Assembly (NCBI GenBank): GCA_024137785.1
Contig: JAHRHZ010000271.1
Coordinates: forward strand, 3,943,369-4,007,368
Direction of reading: 5' to 3'
DNA: 64,000 bases
Origin: Ginglymostoma cirratum
Lineage: Eukaryota
The translations under genes were made by a program, and so were the position numbers. Under the pieces are notes generated by a model, which was not told the DNA's origin, did not search any database, and saw only the letters and a program-made list of their open reading frames with translations. This document shows, piece by piece, positions 26,186-40,095 of this stretch (positions are counted from its first letter, which is position 1; each line of letters starts with the position of its first letter).

Positions 26186-26540
26186 TTTTCCCAGTGTCTG
26201 TGTGGGTTTCCTCCCAAAGTTCAAAGATGTGCAGATTAATTGGCCATGCTAAATAACCCATAATGTGCATGTTAGGTGGATTAGCCATGGGAAATACAGG
26301 GTTACAGGAATGGGGTGAGTCTGGGTGGGATGCTCTTTGGAGAGTTGGTGTGGACTTGATGGGTTGAATGGCCTCCTTCCACACTGTAGGGATGCTATGA
26401 TATTTCCAGAACTGAGAATCTGCTGTGGACATCAATGGCAACAAGCTGGTCCCCACCCAAGGGCAATCTGCACATTCAACACTATCATCATTCCACAGTT
26501 CTGGAGGAAATTCAGGCACCTTGAGATGGACATGAAGATT
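25770..26540 (-). mobile_element. Gypsy integrase-core remnant split by an HE1 SINE
   Basis: Minus-strand frameshifted fragments LVAIDVHSRFSVLEI, ATSTSTKA..DQI, NGSLF.S.EFNK, ITPHLPRMNGEVG and GKSWKQEMF..NYRETP resemble a DDE integrase. Confidence 0.75.
26086..26400 (+). mobile_element. HE1-type SINE inserted into the Gypsy integrase remnant
   Basis: Same family sequence. Its head is duplicated in inverted form at 25323-25425. Confidence 0.88.
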
Positions 26541-27739
26541 TAGAACATAGAACAGTACTGCACAGTACAGGCCCTTTGGCCCGATAATGTTGTGCAACCG
26601 ATTATCTCACATTTGATCTGTAGTTGATTGACAAGGCAACATTGATGCTATACTCTTACGGTTTATTGCTGGGAATTGTACCTCTCCCTAAGCAGTTGTC
26701 TGATTTTGACAATTCCTCGTCTTTTTATTCGCTGGTGGGATGTTGGTATTGCTGGCTGGGCCACCATTAATTGTGCACCCCTAGCTGTCCTTGAGAAGGT
26801 GGGAGTGAGCTGCCGACTTGAACCACTGCAGTCCATGTGCTGTCAGCAAAGCCTCAATTTATCTTCATGCCCTCTATCAACACCATGTTTTCTCAATGAC
26901 TGCAATGACAATATGTAGTGCAGTATCATAGGCAGTTGCCCATTCTGATGAGAATAGAGAGTGAGTGATCTCGTTTGTAGACACTGTTTCAATCATGCCT
27001 TTTTCAGCTTTGAGATTCCAGAGCTATAGCATATCATTGCCACAATACAGCTTGTTTTATGGTTCCTTTCATGTTAGTTTTTTTTAGTGAATTATGCACC
27101 GCTTTTATGGCTTACATAGATTGAAGCTTATTTGGAATGCCTTTCTTCATAGCTGGTAGGACTGCCTATCAGCAAGAACAGATTCTTTGAAAGATAGCCC
27201 ACTGAGTTGAGTTGGCCTGGCAGGTACTTAACTTGAAACTAGTACTCTTGTACTGAGAGTGGGTGCTTTGCCATGTGGATTGTTGAACAAGCCTATATTG
27301 ATCGATGAGCAGGAATTACCTCACACTCACTTCCATATAAATAGATATGTAAGCGTGTGATCCTGCAAAATTGGACTAGCTACATGTTCCCCCATTATGC
27401 ACCAGCTTTCCTGCTCTCTTAGTGTAACCATATCCCTCAAAAACTCTTTGTATTGTCCTCATGACTCACACATTCATATCTTCACTGGAAATTCGCTACA
27501 ATGCAGTGGATCCCTTCATTCAAGTCATTGGTATAGATCGTTAATTGTCGAGGCACTTGATAAGTTACAGTTTGTCATTCTGAAAATGACCCTTTTTATT
27601 CCAGTTCTGTTTTCTGAGGGTTAGCTGGTCCTTTCTACTGGTGTAGTCCAGATTCCCTCTGTTGGTATATGTGTATTGTAGCCTTAAATAGACAAAATGC
27701 ACCATGTGACTCTAAATGCAGTTAAAATTACCTTGTGTT

Positions 27740-27925
27740 GCTGAAGCACACAGTGTGACAGTATACCTGGTGTTTGAAGCTCAGTGTAAGAGACTTCTGA
27801 ATTAACCAGTGTCTCCTGATGCTTGAAATACATGGTCACCGAATGTTTGTGATTATGAAGTACACAGTGTGACAGTGTCCTCCTGGGGTTTGAAGTACAG
27901 TGTGACAGTGCTTTCTCATGTTTGA
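27740..27925. repeat. Degenerate copies of the 34-bp minisatellite family
   Basis: acagtgtgacagtgtcctcctggggtttgaagtaca and similar units. Confidence 0.7.
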
Positions 27926-28207
27926 TACATATATCTCGTGGCATGTGTCAATGTACGGATGATTTTGAATCAAGATTGATTATGGTTCTCTTTAAATATT
28001 CAGCTTTATCAGAGTTTTATTTTACAATTTTAATGTATTTGGAGGTAAATTAGGGAAGACAACTTATATTTACCACAATGCTGTTGCTAATAAACATTTG
28101 CATCACTGCAGTTTCCCTCCCCTAATATAATTAATAGCAGCTCTTAACTTGGACATTCGATATTATCCAGTGGCATTGCTGACCAAGGTCTTCTCAACTT
28201 TCCCACC

Positions 28208-28225
28208 ATGCCACAGTGGGAGAAG
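28208..28225 (+). CDS. Candidate alternative micro first coding exon (MPQWEK)
   Basis: CCACC-ATG Kozak context, six codons, then AAG|GTAAGC consensus donor in phase 0, matching the phase-0 acceptor at 28412 (186 bp intron). No transcript evidence. Confidence 0.3.
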
Positions 28226-28411
28226 GTAAGCGATGCTGAATAGAGCTCATTAACATGTCATGTGCGACAGAGAAGAAGCAGAAGCAAAATTAGGCTCAGT
28301 CAAAAAGGGTTCCAAGTTTTAGTTACACTGACAACTGATCAATATGTACAGGGCTTAGTTAGCAGAGTTACTGGCTTTGTGATGCTCTGACATCTTACTT
28401 TGTTCCTACAG

Positions 28412-28556
28412 GTTATCAAGAAGCCAGGCATCGACAATGAGACTCCAATGATAGGCGATAAAGTATTTGTCCATTATACTGGGACCTTATTAAATGGAAA
28501 AATATTTGATTCAAGTAGAGAAAGAAAAGAACAATTTGTCTTTGATTTGGGTAAAG
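28412..28556 (+). CDS. FKBP5: FKBP5/FKBP4-type immunophilin coding exon (FK1 N-terminal half; equivalent to human FKBP5 exon 3)
   Basis: Acceptor ttcctacAG at 28410-28411 and donor GTAAGT at 28557. The 145 bp exon translates [48 protein letters not shown]+G, a classic FKBP PPIase motif (VHYTG..FDSS). Exon confidence is high; FKBP5 over FKBP4 is about 0.7. Confidence 0.93.
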
Positions 28557-29699
28557 GTAAGTGCTAAATGTAAGCGATGGCAGTTTATATCTGCTAAATC
28601 TCACACAGGAATCAGGGCAACTTCAACCTGTGTCCTTCACAAGCCTAGACTTTCTGCTCATCTGCTGTTGGTTTTGGAATCGCTGCAGGATCTCTGTCAC
28701 TTGGTGACATCGTTGTAAATTACAAAGTCAGCTTTCATCTGTCCGACCAAGACCAGCTTTCCCTCATTACATACTGTCTCAATCCCTCTGATTGGTAAGA
28801 CTGTTTCTTATGTGACCACTATTTAAGAAATCAAATTTTTCCCTCAGCAATGTATTGTAAAGGCAGAGATCATGGCCTTTGGTCCCTTACGCAAACTCTG
28901 TTCTCTCTGTCCCTCACCTTGAGTCCCTCTTAGCCTCACATCTCTCTACCTGTGTCAGCAAATGCAGCCCTAAACCTGTGAATATCTTGGCTTTCCTACC
29001 ATTTTGATCTCATGTGGATCTGAAAGTATTTTCAGTCCATCACTGGAAGCTGGTCCTTTAGCTTCCTCTGCCTTAAACCCTGAAAATGCCTGCCTTAAGC
29101 TCTCTACCTATTTCTCGCATTTTAAGTCCTCCTTTCAAACATACATCTTTGACAAAACTTGTGATCGTCTCCATCTTACCATGTCCTCAACATCATATTT
29201 TTATTAGTATTGCATTGTCTAAAGGGCACAATGTGCAGCAGAAAGACTGGACACACTGTTCCCAGGGAAGAGGAGGGTGGTTTGTGTGTGCAATATTCTG
29301 AAATTGATGATTGTGAAATCCCAGCCTTATCCCGACCTCTTCCAGGTTTCCTGAAGGCAGAATTGAAGGCAAGTGGCAAACCTCCTTGAATCTTGCTGAT
29401 ATTTTATTAGTGTCACTAGAAAGTCCAAATTAGTTCCAAATTTAGGATTTCCCAATCTGTCAGCCACTCTCCAGTATCATCCAGGTAGGGTACACAGTTA
29501 GAGTTTCTTCAATGAAACTGACAAACAGTTAAACCACTGATCAATGACAGTGAAGAGCTCCATTGAAAGGCTGCTGTTTAAAGCTTTTCTTTTCTCAGAG
29601 AATGCTGACACTACATGGCAGATAACTATTGTACCAATTTCTCAGAAGTCACTTTACCTCTCCCAGTACTTCACACACGTTCAGTCACACTTTCCCGTT

Positions 29700-30050
29700 G
29701 CCAGCTCTCACCATGGTACGGGAGTAATGTATACAGAGCCATCAATACCTCTAACAAGGGCAAACAGCGAAGGTCACACATTTACCCACTGCACTGATGA
29801 GAGAGAAGTAACACTAGCAGCACCATCACCTGCTGCCATCTCCTGAACTACATGCCCCCAAGTAGGGCAGAGGGGAAAAGACATCAAGATCCCAACTGGA
29901 GAAAGGCAAAACATCCCAACACAATATCTATAGATATAGGATCAACATGCCCAACCTGTGTGAGATCAGTACATCGAGGCTCAGTCTGTCATGGCAAATC
30001 ATTGCTGACATCTACAGCCTCTGAGATCAAGACATCCTTCCCAGAAGGCC
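29700..30050 (+). mobile_element. Highly decayed RTE-type LINE 3' end
   Basis: VYRAI and a C-terminal TCPTCVRS...SH zinc-knuckle-like remnant. Confidence 0.45.
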
Positions 30051-30942
30051 AAGTGGATAGTGCCTTTACCTTGCTAAAGCCTTCCAAGAATCCTGACACA
30101 AGAGTGGTCCTACTGTTCAGGAATGGGCTAAATCCAGAAGCTTTTACCCACAGTTTCTGCAATTGTCTTCAATACAGAAGAACCGATAGCTATGTATTGT
30201 TGCATCTCACCAATTCTATTTAGAACTGGCCATAGTTGTTACCTCCTTGGGACATAGTCACTTAACTAGTGACATCAACAAATATTTGAAGGAGAGCGCA
30301 ATGCAGATTTCAAAAAATAAATCCAATGGATACAACCTGCTGACTTCAGACAATGTTATCCACACCATAGAAGCTTCTTCCTGTACTTTCACACTTGACT
30401 GGACTGATTTCCTGTGTGCATGTCTCTGTTTGAATTTTCTTGTTCACTGTCAAAAGCAGGTAAAACACAATACACACGAGTTTTTATTAGATACCATAGG
30501 TGAATGAATTGATTCTTGCTTACAGTCTATGAAAAAATCAATAGTAATTGCCTTTTGTCTGCCTGATTTTCTTTCCTTGTCTTATGTAAGTTATTTTAAC
30601 ATTTCAATATTTGAAACAAACTTCTCATTTTTATTTCTCACTGCCCCCTTTCCCCATCACCCAGACTGAGCCTCCAGACATTTTCTTATTTGGAAAAACA
30701 GTCAAAAATCTACAAAGATTTGATTTCTTCATGGGATGTGAGGCCAGCGTATTTTGCCCATTCTTAGTTGTCCATGAGGAGGTGGTAGTGGGCTGCCTTC
30801 TTGAACCGCTGCAGTCCTTTGGGTATAGGCACACCCACTGTGCTGTTTTAGAAATGGAGTCTAGGATTCTGAGCCAGTGACAGTGAGGGAACTGCAATAT
30901 AATTCCAACTTAAGATGATGGGTTTCTTGGAGGAAACCTTGA

Positions 30943-31714
30943 ACATTGAACATAGAACATAGAACAGTACAGCACAGTATAGGCCCTTTGGCCCACTATG
31001 TTGTGCCGAAATTTTACCCTAAACCAAAGGTCTATCTAACCTCCACCCCTACCTTATACTATCATCCATATGCCTATCTAATAGCCGCTTAAATGCCCCT
31101 AATGAGGCCAACTCCGCCACCCTCTCCGGCAATGTATTCCACGCCCCTGCCACTCCGAGTATAAACCTACCTCTGAAGTCTCTGCATATCTACCTCCACT
31201 CGCTTTAAAACTATGTCCCCTGATAATAGCTACCTCCACCCTAGGAAAAAGTCTCTGGCTGTCCCCACTCTATCTGTACCTCTGATCATTTTGTACACCT
31301 CTATCAAGTCACCTCTCATCCTTCCTTCTTCTAAAGAGAAAAGCCCTAGCGCTCTCAACCCTTCCTCGTATGATCTTCCCTCCATTCCAGGCAACATCTT
31401 GGTAAATCTCCTCTGCACTTTTTCCAACGCTTCCACATCTTTCCTATAATGAGGCGACCAGACCTGGACACAATACTCCAGATGTGGTCGAACCAGGGCT
31501 TTGTATAGCCAGAGCATAACTTCACGGTTCTTGAACTTAATCCCTCTAATGAAAGCTAACACACCATATGCCTTCTTAACAACTCTATCCACCTGGGTGG
31601 CAGCTTTCAGGGAACTGTGGACATGAACCCCAAGATCCCTCTGCTCCTCCACACTGTCAAGAATCTTTCCCTTAACCCTGTATTCTGCTTTCAAGTTTGT
31701 CCTTCCAAAATGAG
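30943..31714 (-). mobile_element. Young CR1/HER1-type LINE 3' fragment nested in an older LINE tail
   Basis: 154-aa open RT C-terminus (EEQRDLGVHV..LVRPHLEYCVQVWSPHYRKD) and gaacata tandem tail. The host element (30725-30942) resumes at 31715. Confidence 0.92.
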
Positions 31715-32009
31715 TTGAGATAGTGGTGTTTCCAAATACCTGCTGCCCTTGTCTTTCTAGATTGTAGAGGTCACAGGTTTAGATAGTGCTTTCTAAGGAG
31801 CCATCGTGAATTTCTGTAGTCCATCTTATCGGTACACTGTTACAATGAAAGCCAGCACAAGATTTCCCAATTTATTACATTTCCAGATGGGTTACCCGAA
31901 ATTTTTAAGTTCTGTATCATCTTGGCAACCAGAGTGAAGTGCCCTTTTAGCTCCACTCTAATCGAAAAGGCACAAATGAAAAATAAAAGATAAATTCCAA
32001 TAAAAATCA

Positions 32010-33980
32010 ATTCCCGTTAGGATGAAGGGCAAGGCTGGTAGGTGTAGAGAATGCTGGATGACTAGAGAAATTGGGGTTTTGCTTAAGAATGAGAAGGAAG
32101 CTTATGTCAGGAATAAACATCAGAGATCGAGTGAATCTCTAGAAGAGTATAAAGGCTGTAGGAGTACACTTAAGAGGAAAATCAGAAGGGCCAAAAGGCA
32201 ACGCAACAAAGCTTTAGAAAATACAGTTAAAGAGAATCCAAAGGGATTCTACAAATACATTAAAGATAAAAGAGTAACAAGGGAGAAAATAGGACCCCTT
32301 AAAGATCCAATGTGTGGAACCGCATGAAATGGGGGAGTTACTAAACAAGTATTTTGCATCAGTGTTTACTGTGGGGAGGGATATGGAAGATAATAAACGT
32401 GAGGAAATAAATAGCAACATCTTGAAAAATGTCCATATTACAGAGGAGGAGGTGTTGCATGTCTTAAAATGCATAAATGTGGATAAATCCCCAGGAATTG
32501 ATCAGTCCTACTCTAGAACTCTGTGGGAAGATAGGAAGAGATTGTTAGACTCCTCGCTGAGATATTAGTATCATCAATAGTCACAAGTGAGGTGCCAGAA
32601 GACTGGAGGTTGACTAACGTGGTGCCACTATTTAAGAAATGTGGTAAGGAAAGGCCACAGAACTACAGACCGGTGAGTCTGACATCCATGGTGGGCTAGT
32701 AGTTGGGGGGAATCCTGAGGGACAGGATTTACATGTATTTGAAAAGGCAGAGACTGATTAGGAATAGTAAACATGGCTTTGTGCGAAGGAAATCATGTCT
32801 CTCTACTTCTTCAAAAAGCTCAGTCAAGTTAATGAAGAGGGTTGATGAAGGCAGAGCGGTGGATGTGATCTATATAGACTTCAGTAAAGCGTCTGGCAAG
32901 GTTCCTCCTAGTAGGCTGGTTAGCAAGGTTAGAGCATATGGAATACAGGGAGAACTACTATTTAGATACCAGCTTGACCAGCAGTGTGCAACAAGATTGG
33001 TACTGGATCCACTGCTTTTAGTCATTTACATAAATCATTTGGATGTGAATGTAGGAGGTACGGCTAGTAAGTTTGCAGATGACACCAAAATTGGAGGTGT
33101 AGTGGACAGTGAAGAAGGTTACCTTAGAGTACAACAGAACCTTAATCAGATGTGCCAATGGGCAGAGGAGTAGCAGATGGAGTTTAATTTAGATAAATGT
33201 GAGGTGCTACATTTTGAAAAGGCCAATCAGGGCAGGAGTTATACACTTAATGATAAGGTCCTAGAGAGTGTTGCTGAACAAAGGGATCTTGGAGTGCAGA
33301 TTGATAGTTCCCTGAAAGTGAATTGCAGATAGGATAGCGAAGGCCGCATTTGGTATACTTGCCTTTATTCGTCATTGCATTGAGTATAGGAGATGGGAGA
33401 TTGTGTTGAGGCTTTACAGGATATTGTTTTGGCCACTTTTGGAATGCTGTGTTCAATACCTGTCTCCCTGCTATAGGGAGGATGTTGTAAAACTTGAAAG
33501 GGTTCAGAAAAGATTGTAAAGGACATTATCAGGGTTGGAGGGTTTGAGCTATAGGGAAGAGGTTGAATAGGCTGGAGCTATTTTTCCTGGAGCATCGGAG
33601 GCTGAGGGGTGACGTCAGAGAGGTTTATAAAATCAGGAGGGGCATGGATAGAATGAGTAGCTAAGGTCTTTTCCCTGGGATGGGGTGTGCCAAAACTAGA
33701 GGGTGCAGATTAAGGTGAGAGGGGCAAGATTTAAAAGGGACGTAAGGGCAACTTTTTCATGGAGAGGCTGGTGCATTTTTGGAATGAGCTGCCAGAAGTG
33801 GTGGAGGCTAGTATGATTTCAGCAATTAAAAGTTATCTGGGTGGGTATATGAAAAGGAAAGGTTTAGAGGGATATGGGCCCAAATGCTGGCATATGGGAC
33901 TACACTAATTTAGGATATCTGGTCATCTTGGTCTGAAGGGACTGTTTCAGTGCTGGACAGTTCTATAACTCTTATGACTC
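32010..33980 (+). mobile_element. CR1/HER1-type LINE, 5'-truncated, about 2 kb, frameshifted
   Basis: KENPKGFYKYIK, LNKYFASVFT, DKSPG, VIYIDFSKA and SKFADDTKIGG motifs, plus 3' UTR. Confidence 0.92.
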
Positions 33981-36529
33981 TAGTTTCTGATTTAATAGTT
34001 TAAATTGAACTCAAATCTAGCAAAAAAAGTAATTTGAAGATTTAGGCATTTCAGCATTCCTATGCTTCCATGAGGGAGTCACATTCAAACAGAGAGTGGG
34101 CTGCATACTTGGGTTTCTATGCTAAAGATCTTTTAGCCACTTGACCTGGTTTTGCCATTCATTGTGGTCATGACTGATTCACAATCTAACTCCAAGTAAA
34201 CACATTTTTCAATTTCACTGAAGTCTATTGAGCATCGATCTTAGATTTAAAATTAACAACTGATTATCCATCGATTGTCATCTCCAGAAGAGTTCGAAAC
34301 CTCTCCCAGCCATTTCTGTGAACAAGTATTTCTTCATTTCATGCCAGAAAGATCTGGTTTTAAATTTTAGACTCTTATCCCTTGCCCTAACACATGGAAA
34401 TGGTTTCTCTCCATCTACCTTATCTGTTCCTCTTAATAGTTTGAAAACTTTTGATCAAATCGCTGTTTAACCTAATTCCAGAGAATATAATCCTGGTTTG
34501 TTGAGTTATTCTCCTTCATAGACCAGGTTTCATCCTATCAAATTTACACTGCGTTTTGTCCAAGATCAATAAGTTTTTCCTAAGGTGTGGTGAACAGAAT
34601 GAGCTACTGGTCCAGGCAAATATTTGAGTCACTTGGAAACTTCCTTCCACTATGTCACATCGAAGCTTATCAGCATAAAGGAACATGAGCGATTGTCAGG
34701 ATGAAAGCGAAAAGGAACACGAGCAATTGTCAGGATGATTGAGAATTGGAATTTCTATCAAACTACCCACAGCCTTATGCAAGAGACACAAAGCAACAAA
34801 GGCAAATGGATGTAATACAACGGTGAGCAAGTCTGAGCAAAAATAACTCGTCCCAATAATGATTGTGCAAGAGAAGTAGGAAGGGAACTGATCATATGTC
34901 ATCCTTTGGTGTCCCATGTGCCACTCCACATCCTTTAAATTTATATTTTAAATGGACGCCCAACAATTATCCACCCAAACATATTTCTAATACTTTGTTT
35001 CAGGGAGTAGTTGAGGCAACGTCTTTTGCATCTTTTAAAGCTGTCACAAAGCATGCATTATTACCATCATTGCCAGTTTTATGCTGATGTTGATATTCCT
35101 TTGTCAGCTGTAAAATACCTGCAGTCATTGCTCAATGAATATACACATATCCCTTCATCAGCATCAATATCTAACTCTGCTCCCAAATCCATGTTCAATT
35201 TGAGACTGCTTCCTGTTATTCAGTGTAAGGTTCCAGATATACAAACATTGCTCATAAATGTTAACTGGACACTCATCTTGGTAATAGGGAGGGACAAATC
35301 TTCTGGCAGTAGCTGGTTCTGACGTTCTGGCCATACATACCAGAACTAGAACAAATATCCTCAATGACCACAAGCAACTGCTGGTGAGTCCATTCCCAGA
35401 GGCATCCACTGCTCCTCTAGGGATGCAGGTGACACCAACTCAGCCACAAAGTATTTAGCTCCCATTTAGGAACAATCCATTTTGGGGACATGACATCAAC
35501 AGAGGACGTGACCAAGCTTTCAAGATTAGGGAATTGCAGCTGAATTCCATTTTTATGATGGCAGCTGCTTTTCTCACTTTTTTATAAACAGAACTTTTAC
35601 CCTAGCGCTATGGAACCAACATGGGTCATGCCGCAGGGTTCAAAGTTTGTCCCAAGTGTGACTCTGTAGCATCTCTCCCAAAACAGCAGGAACTCATGTT
35701 TAAATCAGTTGGTACCTGGACACCAGGATATGATTAAATTTCTGAAGTGAAACGGGACTTGTAACTTTGTCCTGGGGAGACAGTATTAGCACAATGCCTA
35801 TCCACAAAGAGGTTGAGTCACAGCCCTGTACCCCTCTTTGGAGACGACATAGTGGACAGTATTTAAACTTCCAAATGCCAGAAGGTTCAGGGGTTGAGAC
35901 CTAAAGGGTGGGCACAAGTAAAGAACCAGATTTGATTGAGAGTTCACTGAGTGATATATGGAGGTGCAAGGTGTATTGGGTTCAGGAATGTCACACACAG
36001 AATGTGGGAAAGTCAGCCTGTGAAGACTTGCACCTGAATTATCTGTTCCAATCAGACTGCCTGCCTCATGAGAACCTTGAACCTCGAACCTCATGATATC
36101 CTATTTCCAGGTCTGAATGACCACAATCCTGGTGCTCACTTCCTCAAACTATTCCATCCACATCTTGTTTTCCTCTCATCCATGAAAGATAAGACCTCAT
36201 TCAATACCTTGCATCCAAGAGCTGGAGATTGAGCACCTTTCCGGATCTCCAACCCATTCCTCTGATTGTGCTATTATTTTAGTCACAGTCAACTCTGCCA
36301 GCACGAAATGAAGTCGAGATGCTGCCGATGTTAGCAACAACTTGCTATGAAAGCCTGTGCTTTATGAGAAATCATTTCCTTTATCAAATTCAGTGCATCA
36401 TCCCAACCATCCTCTGTTAAAATGTCAGCAGCCTAAGCAGCAATGCTAATGACTGAGCTGAGAAGTGCAATAAAAATCTACCCTTGAATCAAATGGTTTC
36501 CTGACCCACAACTAAGGTTTCGCTGAGAG

Positions 36530-37300
36530 TTCTAGGAGTCTGGGTGCATAGTTCCTTGAAAACTGCATTACAGGTAGACAGGGTGGTGAAGAATGTATTT
36601 GGCACACTTGCCTTCTTCACTCAGAACACTGAATATAAGAGTTGAAGTACCATGTTATAGTTGTACAGGACATTGGGAAGGCCACATTTGGAGTACTGCA
36701 TACAATGTTAGCCACCTTGCTATAGGAAGGATGTTAATAAAGTGGAAAAGGTGCTATAACAATTTACAAGGATGTTACCAAGACTGTAAGGTTTGAGTTA
36801 TAAAAGAGGGTGGATAGGCTGGAATTTTTGCTTTGAAGCATAGGAGACTGAGGGAGTGACCTTAACAGGGGTTTATAAAATCATGAGGGGCATAGATAAG
36901 GCCAAGGCCTTGGTGAGTCCGCAACTAGGTGGCATAGATTTAGGGTGAGCGGAGAATGATATAAAAGAGACCTGAGGGGCAACACAGAGGATGATGCATG
37001 TTAGGGTTGATCTGCCAGACGAAGGAGTAGAGGTGGGTACAGTTACAACATTTTAAATACATTTTGACAAGTACATCGATAGGAAGAGTCGAGGGGGATA
37101 TGGGCTAAACACAGGCAAATGGGAAAGAAAACAGAAATTGCTTGAAAAGCTCTGTGGAAAGTATCTGTGGAAAGAAATGTTTCAGGTCTAGTGACCCTTC
37201 CTCAGGCAAATGGGACTGGTTCTATTTATGAAGCCTGGTTGCCATGGGTGAGTTGGACTAAAAGGGCTGTTTCTGAGCTGTATACTTCTGTTTCTATAAC
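36530..37300 (+). mobile_element. CR1-type LINE 3' fragment with a Penelope-like insert (about 37125-37205)
   Basis: RPHLEYC and DL..VYKIMRG motifs plus 3' UTR. Confidence 0.85.
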
Positions 37301-37640
37301 TTTCCATTTTAATCATGTACATTTATCCTTTCCCTTAACAACATCTCCTCTTTTTGTCTCATCTGCTTTGAGTTTCACATTCACATTGTAACTACTCCCT
37401 GGGTAATGAAATATCTCTTAAATTCCTTAGTGTTTATTAATGACTACTCTGTGTATATGAACCCTAATTCTGAACTCACTTATAATGGGACAATCTCTCT
37501 GCTTACTTATAGAATGTCTTCACGATTTTAAAGATCGTTATCAGCTTACTCCCTAGCCTAACCTTTCCAAGGAAAAAGAGACATTATGCTTATGCATCGC
37601 ATGCTGTACATTTTTCAGAAGCATGTTTTTCCTTCAATAG

Positions 37641-37783
37641 GTCAAGTGTTGAAAGCGTGGGATATCGGAGTGGCTTCGATGAAGAAGGGGGAGATCTGTC
37701 AGTTAATCTGTAAACCAAACTATGCCTATGGGGCTGCTGGCAGCCCCCCTAAAGTCCCTGCAAATGCTACATTACTGTTTGAG
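37641..37783 (+). CDS. FKBP5: FKBP5/FKBP4-type coding exon (FK1 C-terminal half; equivalent to human FKBP5 exon 4)
   Basis: Acceptor ccttcaatAG and donor GAG|GTGGGT. The 143 bp phase 1 to 0 exon joins the previous exon in frame: (G)[64 protein letters not shown] matches FKBP5 better than FKBP4. Confidence 0.94.
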
Positions 37784-37934
37784 GTGGGTGTGCCTTTTTT
37801 TGTTGCTGATTCTATTTCTGCCTTGATATTACACCATGACACTACTGTAGAGTTAGAAAACCTAACGCTGCCTTCTCAGGGCTACTAAAGGTGAACAATA
37901 AACACAGCCTTTCCAGTGTCACCTACAGGAATGC

Positions 37935-39345
37935 AGGAACATAGGAGCAAGAGTCAGCCATTCAGCCCATCAACCCTGCTCCACCAATCCCAATTGTGGC
38001 CGATCATCTATATCAGTGCTACTTTCCCACATTATTCCCATTTCCCTTGATGTCATTAGTGTCTATAAATCTATGACATTTGTCTTGAATATGACCAATG
38101 GCAGAGCTTTCATATCCACCTGAGGTGGAAAATTCCAACAACTCACCACCCTCTGAGTAAAGAAATATCTTCTCATCTTAGTCCTAAAGGTTTTGCCCCT
38201 TATTCTGAGTCTGTGTCCCATGGTTCTAAAGTCTTCAGCTAGGGGAAACATTTTTCTGCATTCTGTATTAAGGATTTTCAAATTTCAATCTCATCAACTA
38301 AGCTTTAAACCTTTGAAGAATTCTCTAAGCTACTTTCTCATTTTCCCCCTTCCTGAAGCATTTACTAATTAAAACAAAAAGGTCTCAAGGCAAGGTTCAC
38401 CTACCCCCATAACTCTTAATAGATTAGACTATGACTTGGATGGCAGAAGGGAATGTACTGCCACCAAATTTGCAGATGACACAAAAACAAATGGGAAGGC
38501 AAGGGGTAAGGATGATACCAAGAAGGATGTAGACAGGTTATGAGTCAGCAAAGACTTAGCAGGTGACATATAATGTTGGAAAATATGAAGCTGTGCACTT
38601 TAACTGGAAGAATTGAGGAGATGAATATTATTTAAATGGAGAAAGACTGCAGAAAGCTGCAGCAAAGCAGGATTTGGGGGTTTTCATGCATGAATCACAA
38701 TAAGCTTGCATCCAATTCAGCAAATAATGGGCAAAGTAAATAGAATGTTGACCTTTATTTCATAAGGAATGGAGTATAAAAATTGGATGTCTTGCTAAAA
38801 CTATCCAAGGCATGAGACACTGAAATTCTATTAACACTTTTTGTTACCTTATCCAAGGAAAGATATATTGGCATTGGAGGCAGTCTAGAGGGTATGAAGA
38901 AACTTTCTTATGAAGGCAGGTTGTGTAGGTTATGCTTGTATTCATTGGAGTTTAAGAATAAGAGGAAATGTTAGGGAAATAAATAATATTCTTAGGGGAT
39001 TTGACAGAGTAAATGTGGAGAGATCATTCTTCGCTTGTGGGAGAGTCTAGGGCCAAAGGCAATCATCTCAGAATTAGGGGTTGCCCGGTCCAGACAGAGA
39101 TGAGGAGGAATTTCTTCTCTGAGGGTAGTGAATCTATGGAATTTGTTATCATTAAAGCACTGTTGATATCCAAGGCTGAGATAGACATATTTTTAATCAG
39201 TAAGAGAATCAAGGGTTCTTGGGATAAGGCAGAAGAGTGAAGTTGAACATTACAAGATCAGCCATGGCCTCAGTGAATGGAGGAATATACTCAATGGGCT
39301 GAATGGCCTACTTCTGCTCCAATATCTTAATGATCTTTATGGTCT
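37935..39345. mobile_element. Two CR1-type LINE fragments (37935-38285 minus; 38430-39345 plus)
   Basis: TMGHRLRIRGK..RYFFTQRVV and KFADDTK motifs. Confidence 0.85.
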
Positions 39346-39699
39346 TATAGAGCTCAAAGTCATGAGTGAGCCATTCAATCTACTTAGTACTCACAGGAAG
39401 ATTTGGCAATCATGTTATTGAGGAAATCCAGGGTCTACTTGAAGGCAAAGTGTTTCAGAACAGAGGTAAAACTTTGAAAGTTCTTGCTAGTTTTGAGTGA
39501 CTGCAAGCTTTTAAACTATCATTCATTCCTTAAAATGTAGATCTGTCTTTATTTATTCCCTCCTCCTCCAGATTTCCTGAAGATGTTACTGCAAATTGGA
39601 TCTACTGGCATTGATCGTGGTCCATTGTTAAAACCCATTCAATGCCCAGTGAAAATAGCAGAAAAATAGAGCGCAAAAGAAAATGCTCCTCCCCCATCA

Positions 39700-40095
39700 C
39701 AACCCAAAAATGGCCAAAGAACTTTAAAGCCAATGAAGTACCTTTGAAGAGTCTTCACTGTTGTAATGTAGGAAATGTTGCAGCAAATGTGAATAGCATA
39801 TGGTTACAAACAGCAATGTAGTAATGATTATGTTTTAGCTGCTGGTTAAGGGATAAATTAGTCTTGACCGTGTGGAAAAGTTTGCACTAATTTGAAGAGT
39901 ATAATGAGATATTTAACATCCACCCCAAGAGTGTTGTTGGGTCTTTGGTTTGAGTCTCACCCAAAGACAATACCTCCATCAGAGAAGCACCCACTCTATA
40001 CTACCCTGAGAATGCCTGCAGGGAATTTTTGCTCAAGTGTAGGACTTGAACCCACAATCTTATGATTCAGAGATGCAGATGGCTAACCCAAGCTG
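39700..40095 (-). mobile_element. Deu-domain SINE (SacSINE1/AmnSINE1-like), decayed
   Basis: Reverse complement gives a tRNA head (gggttcaagtcc), a Deu-like core (ggaggtattgtctttgggtgagactcaaacc...ggtggatgttaaatatctcat) and an L2-like tail. Confidence 0.6.

Noticed and set aside
35900-36290. Possible Gypsy RNase H relic (DHNP..EIEHLSG)
   Set aside because: Too decayed to support without a profile search.
37586-37888. 100-aa ORF as a standalone small FKBP gene
   Set aside because: Only 37641-37783 is FKBP-like and it is bounded by splice sites; the rest is intron read-through.
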